Assembly: GCA_023247725.1 (NCBI GenBank)
Contig: JAHFFW010000015.1
Location: 1 to 58,651, forward strand
DNA length: 58,651 bases
Direction: 5' to 3'
Source of the DNA: Candidatus Omnitrophota bacterium
GTDB taxonomy: Bacteria; Omnitrophota; Gorgyraeia; Zapsychrales; JAHFFX01
Of the stretch, positions 25,319 to 34,196 are shown in pieces. The position numbers and the translations under genes are program-made. The notes under the pieces were generated by a model. The model had not been told where the DNA came from. It was given only the letters and a program-made list of their open reading frames with translations, and searched no databases. Numbering within the stretch: the first letter of the stretch is position 1; the number at the start of each line of letters is the position of its first letter.

Positions 25319-27739
25319 TTATCCCATTAAGACCTTGACCTTGTGTATCTTTCCATCTCCAAAAGGCTTGATGAGATTGTCTGATATTTCTTGTCCATCA
25401 ACCCAGACTTGTTTAACCCCGTGTTCCTTGGCAGAAGGATTCTGCACCTCAATTTCAAAGACATCCCCACGGAAAGGCCGGCGGATGGAAAACTTTTTCC
25501 ATTTCTTGGGAACACAAGGATCAATCCGCAATCCGTCAAAATCCCGACGCGCGCCCAAAATCCATTCGGTCGCACACATGAGATTCCAGCCGGAAGAACC
25601 GGTGATCCACGTAAAGGCTCCTTCGCCGTAGCGATAAGGATTTTCCGGGCCGACCAAATATTCTGCCAGGACATAGGGTTCGGTTTTATAAAGATCCATG
25701 TCCTTTTGAGAATTGGGCATAATCTTTTTAATCGCCTCATAGGCCTTATCCCCTTGACCGACGACGGCATATCCAACGGCTAAAAAAGTGGCCGCATGGC
25801 AAAAGACCGCCGCATTTTCCTTTGTGCCTTCAGAAAACATACTGATTCGCCCCAAACGTTTGACCCAGGACGAATAGGCCGGATAAAACAGGCTCAAACC
25901 ATGTTTGCCGTTCAAATATTTGTCGGTGGAGTTGATGACTTTGATGAGACGTTCTTCGCGCGCCACGCCCGATAGCAAGGCCCAGGCTTGAGTATTGATA
26001 TAAATGTGCTTGCCTTCCTTGTCATTCTTGCTGCCATAGACCACCCCGTCATCATCGAATCCGCGGACGTACCATTCACCGTCCCAAGCCAACTGGTTGA
26101 TTCGGTCGTCCATGGTTTTGGCCATGGCGAGGTATTCTTCTTTTTTCTGGTTCTCCCCGATATAACCGAAGATTTCGGCCAAAATTTTTAGAGATCGCAC
26201 CAGAGCCTGAGCCAGCCAAACGCTCCCGCCTCGGTGGCGAATGCCAGCGGCATCGATCGCGTCATTCCAATCCGCATGGCCGATCTTAGGAAATCCTTTT
26301 TCCCCGACGTCATCAAACGTAAAACGCAAATTGTTCTCGAGATGCTCCAACAAAGTCCCCATCCCATCAGTCTGGGCTGGCCCTCTCCAATTGGCATCAA
26401 TGTCCCAACCTTTGATCCACTGGTCCTTCAGGTAAGGCACTTGTTCCCAGAGGATATTTTTATCTCCGGTTTCTTTGACGTAAGCGCTGACTGTCGCTGT
26501 CAGCCAGATGGGATGATCTTTGTTAGGACGAAATTTATAAGGCCCGGTCGTATCCGACCATCCCGGCGCCGAGGTCCCATCCCGACGGATTAAGGAAGCG
26601 ATCTTTAAAATTTTCTGGCGGGTTAATTCCGGATTAATGGAGCAAATCGCTTCCGAATCCTGGCAGGAATCACGGTAACCGCGTCCTCCGGAACCTTCAT
26701 GGTAAAAACTCGGCGAGCGGGACCAATAGTTGCAGATGGTGACCTGATATTTGAGCCAGACGTTAACGAGGGTATTATAATCCTTATCCGGTGTATCAAT
26801 GACGATATTACCGACGATTCGTTTTTTCCAAAACTCTTGAGTCGACTCCAATTCCCTTAAGGCGGTTTTAGCATCCCGGTATTTATCAATCAAGGCATCG
26901 ACAGCCTCTTGTCCTTTGGTTTGCCCCAGCACAACCGTGAATTCTTTCACCTGTCCTGGCTTTAATGCTAGTCGGTGTTGAAAACAGCCGATTCCGTCCT
27001 CACCGGAACACAACGGAAAATTCACAAACTTCCCGCCGAGGATTGCCTGTGGTTTTTCTTCGGTATTGTAACGTCCCAGGAAGGCTTCTTTCTGGGTGCA
27101 GGCGCCGGCCACAGGTAATGAGGAGGCAAAGAAAATGAGGGAATCAAAAGGCTGAATATTACCTCCCGCCCACATGGCGGTCTTCTTGGCATAAATCACC
27201 TGTTTGGACTGGTCAAACCAGATCCGGTTATAGAGATTCATGATATTGCGATAACGCAATTCCTCATGATAATCTCCAATCAAAAATTCGACGTAAGGAA
27301 AAATCTCGAGCTTTTTGTCTTTCTTGGTCTTATTTTCCAGCCGGACGATCCAGACCTCGCAATCGTCATGCTCCGGGACAAAATACGTCACCAGTGAATG
27401 CAATCCCTGATTGGCCGCTTCAATCGTGGTATAGCCAAGGCCGTGCCGGCAACGGTATGACGCAGGCTTAACCCGCAACGGCTGATAGGTTAAGGAGTAG
27501 GCTTTATTCCCGTCTTTGACAAAAAGGTATTTCCCCGGGCGATCAAAATGCCAATTCTCCGGCAGCCATCGGGTGATGCGGTTGGTCCGACAGTCTTTGT
27601 AAAAACTGTAACCGCCCGCGCATTGAGAGATGATGGAACAATAATTTTCGTTGGTGAGATAATTGATCCAGGGACGAGGGGTTTGGGGGTGGGTGATGAC
27701 GTATTCCCTACCGTCGGCAGAAAAATACCCGTATTCCAT
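25319..27739 (-). CDS. GH94 glycan phosphorylase (cellobiose/cellodextrin/chitobiose phosphorylase type)
   Basis: 806 aa; N-terminal MEYGYFSADGREYVITHPQTPRPWINYLTN and overall GH94-like sequence. Confidence 0.9.
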   Translation of the reverse strand: MEYGYFSADGREYVITHPQTPRPWINYLTNENYCSIISQCAGGYSFYKDCRTNRITRWLPENWHFDRPGKYLFVKDGNKAYSLTYQPLRVKPASYRCRHGLGYTTIEAANQGLHSLVTYFVPEHDDCEVWIVRLENKTKKDKKLEIFPYVEFLIGDYHEELRYRNIMNLYNRIWFDQSKQVIYAKKTAMWAGGNIQPFDSLIFFASSLPVAGACTQKEAFLGRYNTEEKPQAILGGKFVNFPLCSGEDGIGCFQHRLALKPGQVKEFTVVLGQTKGQEAVDALIDKYRDAKTALRELESTQEFWKKRIVGNIVIDTPDKDYNTLVNVWLKYQVTICNYWSRSPSFYHEGSGGRGYRDSCQDSEAICSINPELTRQKILKIASLIRRDGTSAPGWSDTTGPYKFRPNKDHPIWLTATVSAYVKETGDKNILWEQVPYLKDQWIKGWDIDANWRGPAQTDGMGTLLEHLENNLRFTFDDVGEKGFPKIGHADWNDAIDAAGIRHRGGSVWLAQALVRSLKILAEIFGYIGENQKKEEYLAMAKTMDDRINQLAWDGEWYVRGFDDDGVVYGSKNDKEGKHIYINTQAWALLSGVAREERLIKVINSTDKYLNGKHGLSLFYPAYSSWVKRLGRISMFSEGTKENAAVFCHAATFLAVGYAVVGQGDKAYEAIKKIMPNSQKDMDLYKTEPYVLAEYLVGPENPYRYGEGAFTWITGSSGWNLMCATEWILGARRDFDGLRIDPCVPKKWKKFSIRRPFRGDVFEIEVQNPSAKEHGVKQVWVDGQEISDNLIKPFGDGKIHKVKVLMG

Positions 27740-27769
27740 AACGAAGTCTGCAACCTTTACTGAGACAAA

Positions 27770-27782
27770 TTGAAAATTTCAA
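27770..27782. promoter_or_regulatory. Palindrome in the predicted GH94 5' leader (possible operator)
   Basis: TTGAAAATTTCAA has perfect 6-bp arms. It lies between the predicted promoter and the ATG at 27739. Confidence 0.2.
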
Positions 27783-27806
27783 AATTATTTTTTTGAAATA
27801 TCCGGC

Positions 27807-27835
27807 AGTCTAACATAGTTCAAAATTCGGGTCAA
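27807..27835 (-). promoter_or_regulatory. Candidate sigma70 promoter for the GH94 gene
   Basis: The minus strand reads TTGACC, a 17-nt spacer, then TAGACT. Confidence 0.4.
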
Positions 27836-27895
27836 GGTCTTTATGGGGATTGTGAGGTAAGATTCTATTCTCCTTCGCAAAAGTAATAGAACTGG

Positions 27896-27957
27896 TTCTT
27901 TTGCCCGCCTTCGTTCCATTGCTTTCGCGTTGAACTTCGGCGCGATCTCTGCGAAGC
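27896..27957 (-). repeat. Family-2 two-hairpin element, copy 1
   Basis: The minus strand reads GCTTCG...CGAAGT (H1), GTTC-AACGCGAAAGCAATG-GAAC (H2), then GGCAAAAGAA. It is homologous to 37865-37937. Confidence 0.5.
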
Positions 27958-28027
27958 CAAACGTAAAAACAATTTGGCGAAGCAGGACTTCGGAGCAATT
28001 ATTCTGCTCGAAGAATATTGCTGCGAA

Positions 28028-28046
28028 GCCCCGCCCACGGCGGGGC
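28028..28046 (-). terminator. GC hairpin downstream of the PilZ gene
   Basis: GCCCCGCC-cac-GGCGGGGC forms an 8-bp stem 36 nt after the stop at 28082. The U-tract is weak. Confidence 0.35.
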
Positions 28047-28081
28047 GAAGCAGAATAGAATATTGCTCAGGATTGCAGGAC

Positions 28082-28411
28082 TTAAGTGAGGCAGAATTTA
28101 AATAACCTTTGCAGACCCATCAGGCTTAACCGATGAAAACGAAAACCCACATCCCACGTTTGCGCCTGATCAGCTTTGGACCAAACCACCTGACCCGATA
28201 ATGGAAAAGGCTCCCGACCATCGGGCAAAAGAACCATTAGAGAAATATGGTCATTTAAAAATAATTTCTCGCGGCAGACAATATGAGCCCCAGCGGCAGA
28301 AATATCTCGCAGAAAAACCTCCGTGCCGAAACCAAAACGGGAATCCTTGAATTTAACTGGAAACCGGGCCCAAAAACGTTCAAAAAGTCTCCGATCGTTT
28401 TGCTCTTCCAT
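28082..28411 (-). CDS. Single-domain PilZ protein
   Basis: RRLFERF (RxxxR) and DISAAGA (DxSxxG) c-di-GMP-binding motifs; 109 aa. Confidence 0.8.
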   Translation of the reverse strand: MEEQNDRRLFERFWARFPVKFKDSRFGFGTEVFLRDISAAGAHIVCREKLFLNDHISLMVLLPDGREPFPLSGQVVWSKADQAQTWDVGFRFHRLSLMGLQRLFKFCLT

Positions 28412-28436
28412 ACAATCTAAAATGTTTTAAGGGAAA

Positions 28437-28847
28437 TTATTTATGCAAATACTGGGTTAACCGCGAACGGGTACCCGTGGGCATTTTAACGAATTGCAGG
28501 CCGTAGCGAAATTTTTGGGAACCATTCACGGCGCGAACCCACCGGATTCGTCCGACCACCAGAACCGATTCACCCTCCGGGGTCAGCTCCAATTCAATGG
28601 CGATCTTTTGCTTAACGGAAAGAGCCGCGCTGGAGATAAACCCAATCCCATTTTTACTCAAATCTACCGTTTCGCTACGGCCGAAGATCGAATTTTCTCC
28701 GTCCATTGGGACAAAGCACCGATGCCTAACGTCTTTTCGCTTCTCAGCCGTTTTTTCCATAGGATATTGAGCTTCAAGTAGTTTGGGAATTGGTGAACAC
28801 GTTTCCATCTGCACCCATTGTATGCCATAGCTTTTTACCCAATGCAA
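28437..28847 (-). CDS. Single-domain PilZ protein (the start may be at 28760)
   Basis: KRKDVRHR and VDLSKNGIGF motifs. The N-terminal 29 aa of the ORF are doubtful. Confidence 0.7.
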   Translation of the reverse strand: MHWVKSYGIQWVQMETCSPIPKLLEAQYPMEKTAEKRKDVRHRCFVPMDGENSIFGRSETVDLSKNGIGFISSAALSVKQKIAIELELTPEGESVLVVGRIRWVRAVNGSQKFRYGLQFVKMPTGTRSRLTQYLHK

Positions 28848-28955
28848 TAGAAATTTTGTTTTTTTTAAGTTCGAAAATCATTCTTTATTGGGTATTCATG
28901 AAATTCCGTCCTTTTCTCAAAATTAGGATGAATCTATAAAAAAGTAATCCGATGA

Positions 28956-28985
28956 TTGAAGGACGAACAATAAGAGTGATATACT
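28956..28985 (+). promoter_or_regulatory. Candidate sigma70 promoter for the CvpA-like gene
   Basis: TTGAAG, an 18-nt spacer, then TATACT, about 30 nt before the ATG at 29017. Confidence 0.4.
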
Positions 28986-29016
28986 TTGACCAAAACCCCT
29001 CTCCCAAAAGGTCTTT

Positions 29017-29772
29017 ATGTCGATTACGGACGTTGCCGTTTTCATCTTTTCCTTGTTATTTTTCTTTAACGGGTGGGCCAAGGGATTGATGCGGATCCTC
29101 CTAAGCCCCGTTTCCCTATTAATAGGCACGGCCCTCAGCTACGTTTATTACCTTCACACCAGAAATCTCCTCATAGCCCTTATTTTGGGCATTATTCTTC
29201 CCTTCATCCTTAACATCCTTCTGTTGCTAATTTTGAAGTTTTGGAATCAAAAGGTCGATAAAAAGATGCCGCCTTCATTCCCTAGCAGAATCGCGGGCAG
29301 TTTGTTGGGATTAGGCTGGGGCATTGGAATGATTGTCTTGACGCTTCTTCTTCTGGCCATCATTCCTGCCAATGTCTTTCCTCTCGCTCAAATTCAGAAA
29401 GACCTCAGACGTTCATTCAGCTATCATCTGCTGCAAAAATTCACCGATGGTCTTCCTACCGTTGAGGATACCAGCCAGGCCCTCTCAGAAATTAACGACG
29501 AGGAAAAAATAAAACAGATTAAAACCAGTGAAGAATATCGGACTTTAAACGACGATCCGCAATTGCAAGCGATCTTCAATGATACCGAAACCATGCGCGA
29601 GATCCGGGAAAAAGACCTTGGCAAATTGTTGACCAATCCGAAATTCTTAGAAATTTTGAATGATGAGAAATTGCTGCGCAAGATGTTTGCCCTTCACAAA
29701 AAAATCGTGCAACAAGCGCCGGAGGTTACGAAGATACCGGCAAAACCGGAAGTGCCAACCCCAACCCCATAG
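29017..29772 (+). CDS. CvpA-family membrane protein with a charged C-terminal extension
   Basis: The N-terminal DVAVFIFSLLFFFNGWAKGLMR pattern and four TM segments resemble CvpA. The C-terminal ~110 aa are hydrophilic. Confidence 0.65.
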   Translation: MSITDVAVFIFSLLFFFNGWAKGLMRILLSPVSLLIGTALSYVYYLHTRNLLIALILGIILPFILNILLLLILKFWNQKVDKKMPPSFPSRIAGSLLGLGWGIGMIVLTLLLLAIIPANVFPLAQIQKDLRRSFSYHLLQKFTDGLPTVEDTSQALSEINDEEKIKQIKTSEEYRTLNDDPQLQAIFNDTETMREIREKDLGKLLTNPKFLEILNDEKLLRKMFALHKKIVQQAPEVTKIPAKPEVPTPTP

Positions 29773-29780
29773 AATCGCGA

Positions 29781-31271
29781 TTATTTTCCAATACAGAATT
29801 CCGAGAAGATCTTATCCAAAAGATCTTGATCGATGTTGCGGCCAGTGATGGTGTCCAATTCATGGATGCCCATTTTCAGTTCTTCGCAAACAAATTCCAT
29901 CGAAACATTGTTCATAGCCTCCCGGGCCAGGGCCAATGCCGAGGAGCATTCCCGCAGAGAATGGAGATGCCGCAGATTACTCACAAGGACGGCATCCGTG
30001 TCCAAACTTATGCCCTGCAAAACGCAATCCACCATGGCCTTTTCCAATTCTTCCAAGGCAATTTTTTTTAGCGCCGAAATCCGGACGATAGGCTGGGAGA
30101 ATTCTTGCTTTAACGATCCTTCCTCCACTTTCACGCCTAAATCACATTTATTGAGGACGATGATCGCCCGACGAGATTTTAATCTTTCTAACAGATGGAC
30201 GTCTTCTGGGCTCAGAGGCTCGCTGGCATCGATCACGAGGATGAGTAAATCCGCTTGTTCGATAAACATTTGGCTGCGTTTAACCGCTTCTTGTTCAATA
30301 AAATCCCTCGGTTCCAGGATTCCGGCGGTATCCACCAGTTGAAAAGCAATTCCCTGAATTTGAGCGGTTTCCTCGATGGTATCGCGAGTCGTTCCGGCAA
30401 TTTCACTGACGATTGCGCGCGGTTGTTTCAGTAACGCATTCAATACCGATGATTTCCCCACATTGGGTTTACCGCACAAAACAATTTTGATTCCCTCACG
30501 CAAGATTTTTCCCTGCTGACCCGAGGCCAACAGCTTGTCGATCCTCACTTGCGCCATTTGAATGTTTTTAAGGAAGGATTCCCGGGCGGGAGTTTCAATT
30601 TCGTCCTCTGGAAAATTCACAATCGCCTCCATTTCAGTGTAGGTCCCCATCAAAAACTCACGAATCCGTTCAAGTTCAAGCGAAAGGTCTCCCTTCAATT
30701 GATTCGCACTCACCCGCAAAAAGGCATCGGTCTTGGCCTGGATGATATCCAAAACGGCCTCCGCCTGAGCCAAATCAATCCGGCCATTGAGGAAGGCGCG
30801 CTTGGTGAATTCTCCGGGTTCAGCGGGCCGGACCCCTAAATCCACAACGGCTTGAAAAATATTTTTGAGCGCGGCGATCCCTCCGTGGCCGCTAATCTCC
30901 ACAATGTCTTCACGCGTGTAAGTGTTCGGAGCGCGCATCACTGTGAGTAAAACCTCGTCGATGATTTCTTGACCAGTGGCTCGGGGCGCGGTACCCCTCG
31001 TCGATTCCACGTCCCGCGCCCCCGCCTGCCAATTCAACTGTTTGGCGGGCAGGCCCTGCCCCTCGTCCTTCGCTAAAGGTCTCACGACCCATCCATAGTG
31101 CACCGTGTGACTTTTGTACTGGGACGGTTCGGTTTTATTTTTGGATAGAAAAAATTGGTCGGCGACCGCCAGGGCTTTTTTTCCACTCAAGCGGACAACA
31201 CCGATTCCGCCTTTTCCCGGCGGCGTCGATATGGCGACGATGGTGTCTTCGAAATGTTTGATGGAATCCAT
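29781..31271 (-). CDS. mnmE: tRNA modification GTPase MnmE (TrmE)
   Basis: IVAISTPPGKGGIGVVRLSG, G-domain GKPNVGKSS/DTAG/NKCD, and the C-terminal FCIGK. Confidence 0.95.
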   Translation of the reverse strand: MDSIKHFEDTIVAISTPPGKGGIGVVRLSGKKALAVADQFFLSKNKTEPSQYKSHTVHYGWVVRPLAKDEGQGLPAKQLNWQAGARDVESTRGTAPRATGQEIIDEVLLTVMRAPNTYTREDIVEISGHGGIAALKNIFQAVVDLGVRPAEPGEFTKRAFLNGRIDLAQAEAVLDIIQAKTDAFLRVSANQLKGDLSLELERIREFLMGTYTEMEAIVNFPEDEIETPARESFLKNIQMAQVRIDKLLASGQQGKILREGIKIVLCGKPNVGKSSVLNALLKQPRAIVSEIAGTTRDTIEETAQIQGIAFQLVDTAGILEPRDFIEQEAVKRSQMFIEQADLLILVIDASEPLSPEDVHLLERLKSRRAIIVLNKCDLGVKVEEGSLKQEFSQPIVRISALKKIALEELEKAMVDCVLQGISLDTDAVLVSNLRHLHSLRECSSALALAREAMNNVSMEFVCEELKMGIHELDTITGRNIDQDLLDKIFSEFCIGK

Positions 31272-32611
31272 TGTGTTCTGGCCTCTCCAACGACGAACAA
31301 AGAACCGGTCACCAAGATCACATCTTGACGACCCGCTAACTCCCCAGCGGCCCTGATCGCCTGCCTCACGGATGCGGTGACCGTGGCCTGATTCTGAAGA
31401 AAAAGTTTTTTTAATTCTTTTAAAGAAAATCGATAGGCACGTTCATGATCGGCCCGGGTTGCAATGACCGTGCGAATAATTTTCCGCAGATGGCCAGCCA
31501 TGCCGGGGCGGTCCTTGTCCTTTGAACATCCCAGGACAAGGACCGCCCGCTTCCCTGGAAAAATTGCTTTAAATGTCTCGACCAAGACCTGACAAGAGGC
31601 CGGATTATGCGCCCCGTCCAAAACGACCAGCGGCCGTCGACAAATCACCTCAAATCTTGCCGGCCAGCGGGTCAAGGCAATTCCTTTTCTGATCGCGTCT
31701 CTTTGAATTTTAAAACCCTTTTTGCGCAGACATCCCATCATCCCGATGGCAACGGCCGCATTAACCGCCTGATAAGAACCCAACAGCGAGGAACGCAATC
31801 GATGGTAAGATCCTTCCCTCTCTTCAACCGTGAATTCAATGCCTTCCAAATCCTGACGTTCAAGACTCACCAATAAATCTTTCCCGACGATCTTTGGGCT
31901 GATTCCTAAGGCTTGGCAGTGGCGCCGGATCACGGCCAGCGCCGATGGCGGTTGAGGGGCCAAAACCACATCCTGTTTTGGATCCTTGATAATCCCGGCT
32001 TTCTCAGCGGCAATTTTTTTTAATGAGTTTCCCAAATAAAAGGTGTGGTCAATGCTAATGGGAGCGATCGCCGCAACCAACGAATCAATCACATTCGTGG
32101 CATCAAGCCGGCCGCCTAAACCAGTTTCCAAGACCACCACATCGGTCTTGGCCTTAAAAAAATAATAAAAAGCCAAAACCGTCAAAACCTCAAAATAGGT
32201 TAAGCGTCCAAGCCATTTTTGTCGATGGATTTCCTCGATGGCTGGCCTGATATGGGCCAAGGCATTCTTTAGCTCCCTTTCACTGACGACGCCGGCAAAA
32301 CTTTGCATCATGTTCTTTTTAAAAAAATCCGGAGTCAAAATGCGGATGCGTTCTTTATAGTCGGAAATATGGGGAGAGGTATAAAGACCCACGCGATATC
32401 CGGAAGAGGCCAGGATGCTGGCGGCAAACATGGCGGTTGATCCTTTGCCTTTGGTCCCGGCGATATGAAGGCATTTCAACTGCTGCTGGGGATTGCCTAT
32501 GTTTTTAAGAAGAAGCTTTACTCGGTGGAGTTTGAATTCAGTTCGCGGCGACGCAATTTTTTCAAAATTCACCAAGCGGTTCAGGAAAGATTGAACGCTG
32601 GAATGGCTCAT
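31187..32611 (-). CDS. folC: Folylpolyglutamate synthase / dihydrofolate synthase
   Basis: Mur-ligase P-loop GTKGKGS and FolC-like length. The 3' end overlaps the mnmE start by 85 nt. Confidence 0.9.
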   Translation of the reverse strand: MSHSSVQSFLNRLVNFEKIASPRTEFKLHRVKLLLKNIGNPQQQLKCLHIAGTKGKGSTAMFAASILASSGYRVGLYTSPHISDYKERIRILTPDFFKKNMMQSFAGVVSERELKNALAHIRPAIEEIHRQKWLGRLTYFEVLTVLAFYYFFKAKTDVVVLETGLGGRLDATNVIDSLVAAIAPISIDHTFYLGNSLKKIAAEKAGIIKDPKQDVVLAPQPPSALAVIRRHCQALGISPKIVGKDLLVSLERQDLEGIEFTVEEREGSYHRLRSSLLGSYQAVNAAVAIGMMGCLRKKGFKIQRDAIRKGIALTRWPARFEVICRRPLVVLDGAHNPASCQVLVETFKAIFPGKRAVLVLGCSKDKDRPGMAGHLRKIIRTVIATRADHERAYRFSLKELKKLFLQNQATVTASVRQAIRAAGELAGRQDVILVTGSLFVVGEARTQWIPSNISKTPSSPYRRRREKAESVLSA

Positions 32612-32615
32612 AAGC

Positions 32616-34172
32616 CTAGTGTTTGAAATGACGACTGCCGGTCGTTACGATCGCGACCTTCAATCGGTCGGCCACGGCGATGACATCTTTGTCGGCGATC
32701 GAACCGCCGGTATGAACGATGAGCCTGATACCGGCCTTCGCGGCGATTTGCACGGTATCGGGTTTAGGAAGGAATGCCTCAGAGATCAGAATCGAACCTT
32801 TGGCATTGGGACCGGCTTTGCGGATCGCCGTATGAGCGCTGTCGACGCGGCTGGTTTGACCACAACCAATCCCCACCGTCTTTGTGTCTTTGACCAGAAC
32901 AACGGCGTTGGAACAGACATGCTTGATAAGCTTCCAGCCAAAAAGAATCGAAGGCAACTGGGCTTTGGTGGGTTTGAGTTTAGTGACAAAATTCAAGTCC
33001 GTCGGATTCAGCTCCCTGGAATCAATATCCTGAATGAGTAAGCCTCCGGCGACCCGTTTGAAATCCCAGCGTTCCTCGGACGGCGTTTGCCAATCGAGTT
33101 CAATCAAACGAATATTTTTCTTAACCTTTAAAATATCCAACGCCGTGGATTCAAAGGCCGGGGCAATGACACACTCCATGAAGCCACTTTTTTCAATCTG
33201 CATAGCCGTTGCCTGATCGACCGATCGATTAAGACCGATAATCCCGCCAAAGGCGGATAAAGGATCACTGCGGTAAGCCTGCTGGAACGCCTTGTCTAAT
33301 TCCAGGTCTTGGGCCACACCCGTCGGATTATTGTGCTTAATGATGACCGCGGTCGTGGCTTGAAAATCCCGAAGAAGGTTAACGGCCGCATCCAAATCCA
33401 AAAGATTATTGAAGCTCAATTCTTTTCCATGCAATTGTTTAAGCTCGCTTAAACCTTCCTTTGATTGTGCGTCGCGATAAAAGGCCGCGGTCTGATGAGG
33501 GTTTTCGCCATAGCGCAGATCCTGGACTTTCGTGAACCGTAAAACTAATTCCCGAGGAAAAGCGGTTAGTTCTCCCGAACGCAATCGCTGATGCAAAAAA
33601 CTGTGGATGACCGAATCATAGCGAGCGGTGCGGGAAAAGGCCTCGATGGCGAGGCTGACCAAAACCGTGTCAGACAAGATGCCGGAATTTGTTTCTAATT
33701 CTTTGAGAATATCTTTGTAGCGAGCCGGATTGCAAATGACCGCCACGTTTTTATAATTTTTTGCCGCTGAGCGCAATAGGGTAGGACCGCCCACATCAAT
33801 ATTTTCAATCGCCTCTTCCAGCGAAACATGTTTCTTCTCTGTCACTCGCTCAAAGGGGTACAAATTGACCACGACCATATCGATCGTCTTGATGTTGTGT
33901 TCTTTTAACTGGGCCATGTGTTCGGGTTTGTCGCGCAGGGCGAGGATCCCCCCATGAATAGCGGCATGAAGAGTTTTCACTCTTCCGTCGAGCATTTCGG
34001 GAAATCCCGTATAGTCAGAAACCTCCACGACCGAAAGGCCAGCGTCTTTAAGAAGCTTGGCCGTGCCTCCGGTCGAAACGAGTTCGACGCCCAAAAGGGC
34101 TAACCCTTTGGCGAATTCAAGGAGTCCGGTTTTATCGGAAACGCTAATGAGGGCACGCTTGACCTTGATCAT
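32616..34172 (-). CDS. purH: Bifunctional AICAR transformylase / IMP cyclohydrolase
   Basis: 518 aa; N-terminal KRALISVSDKTGL MGS-like domain and C-terminal AICARFT domain ending in HFKH. Confidence 0.97.
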   Translation of the reverse strand: MIKVKRALISVSDKTGLLEFAKGLALLGVELVSTGGTAKLLKDAGLSVVEVSDYTGFPEMLDGRVKTLHAAIHGGILALRDKPEHMAQLKEHNIKTIDMVVVNLYPFERVTEKKHVSLEEAIENIDVGGPTLLRSAAKNYKNVAVICNPARYKDILKELETNSGILSDTVLVSLAIEAFSRTARYDSVIHSFLHQRLRSGELTAFPRELVLRFTKVQDLRYGENPHQTAAFYRDAQSKEGLSELKQLHGKELSFNNLLDLDAAVNLLRDFQATTAVIIKHNNPTGVAQDLELDKAFQQAYRSDPLSAFGGIIGLNRSVDQATAMQIEKSGFMECVIAPAFESTALDILKVKKNIRLIELDWQTPSEERWDFKRVAGGLLIQDIDSRELNPTDLNFVTKLKPTKAQLPSILFGWKLIKHVCSNAVVLVKDTKTVGIGCGQTSRVDSAHTAIRKAGPNAKGSILISEAFLPKPDTVQIAAKAGIRLIVHTGGSIADKDVIAVADRLKVAIVTTGSRHFKH

Positions 34173-34196
34173 GGAGGCAATGGTTGGCAGGCAGGT

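Noticed and set aside
27862-28061. c-di-GMP (GEMM-I) riboswitch next to the PilZ genes
   Set aside because: ACGCGAAAGC and GGGCAAAAG resemble GEMM-I boxes, but they occur in the wrong order and without the tetraloop-receptor hairpin pair.
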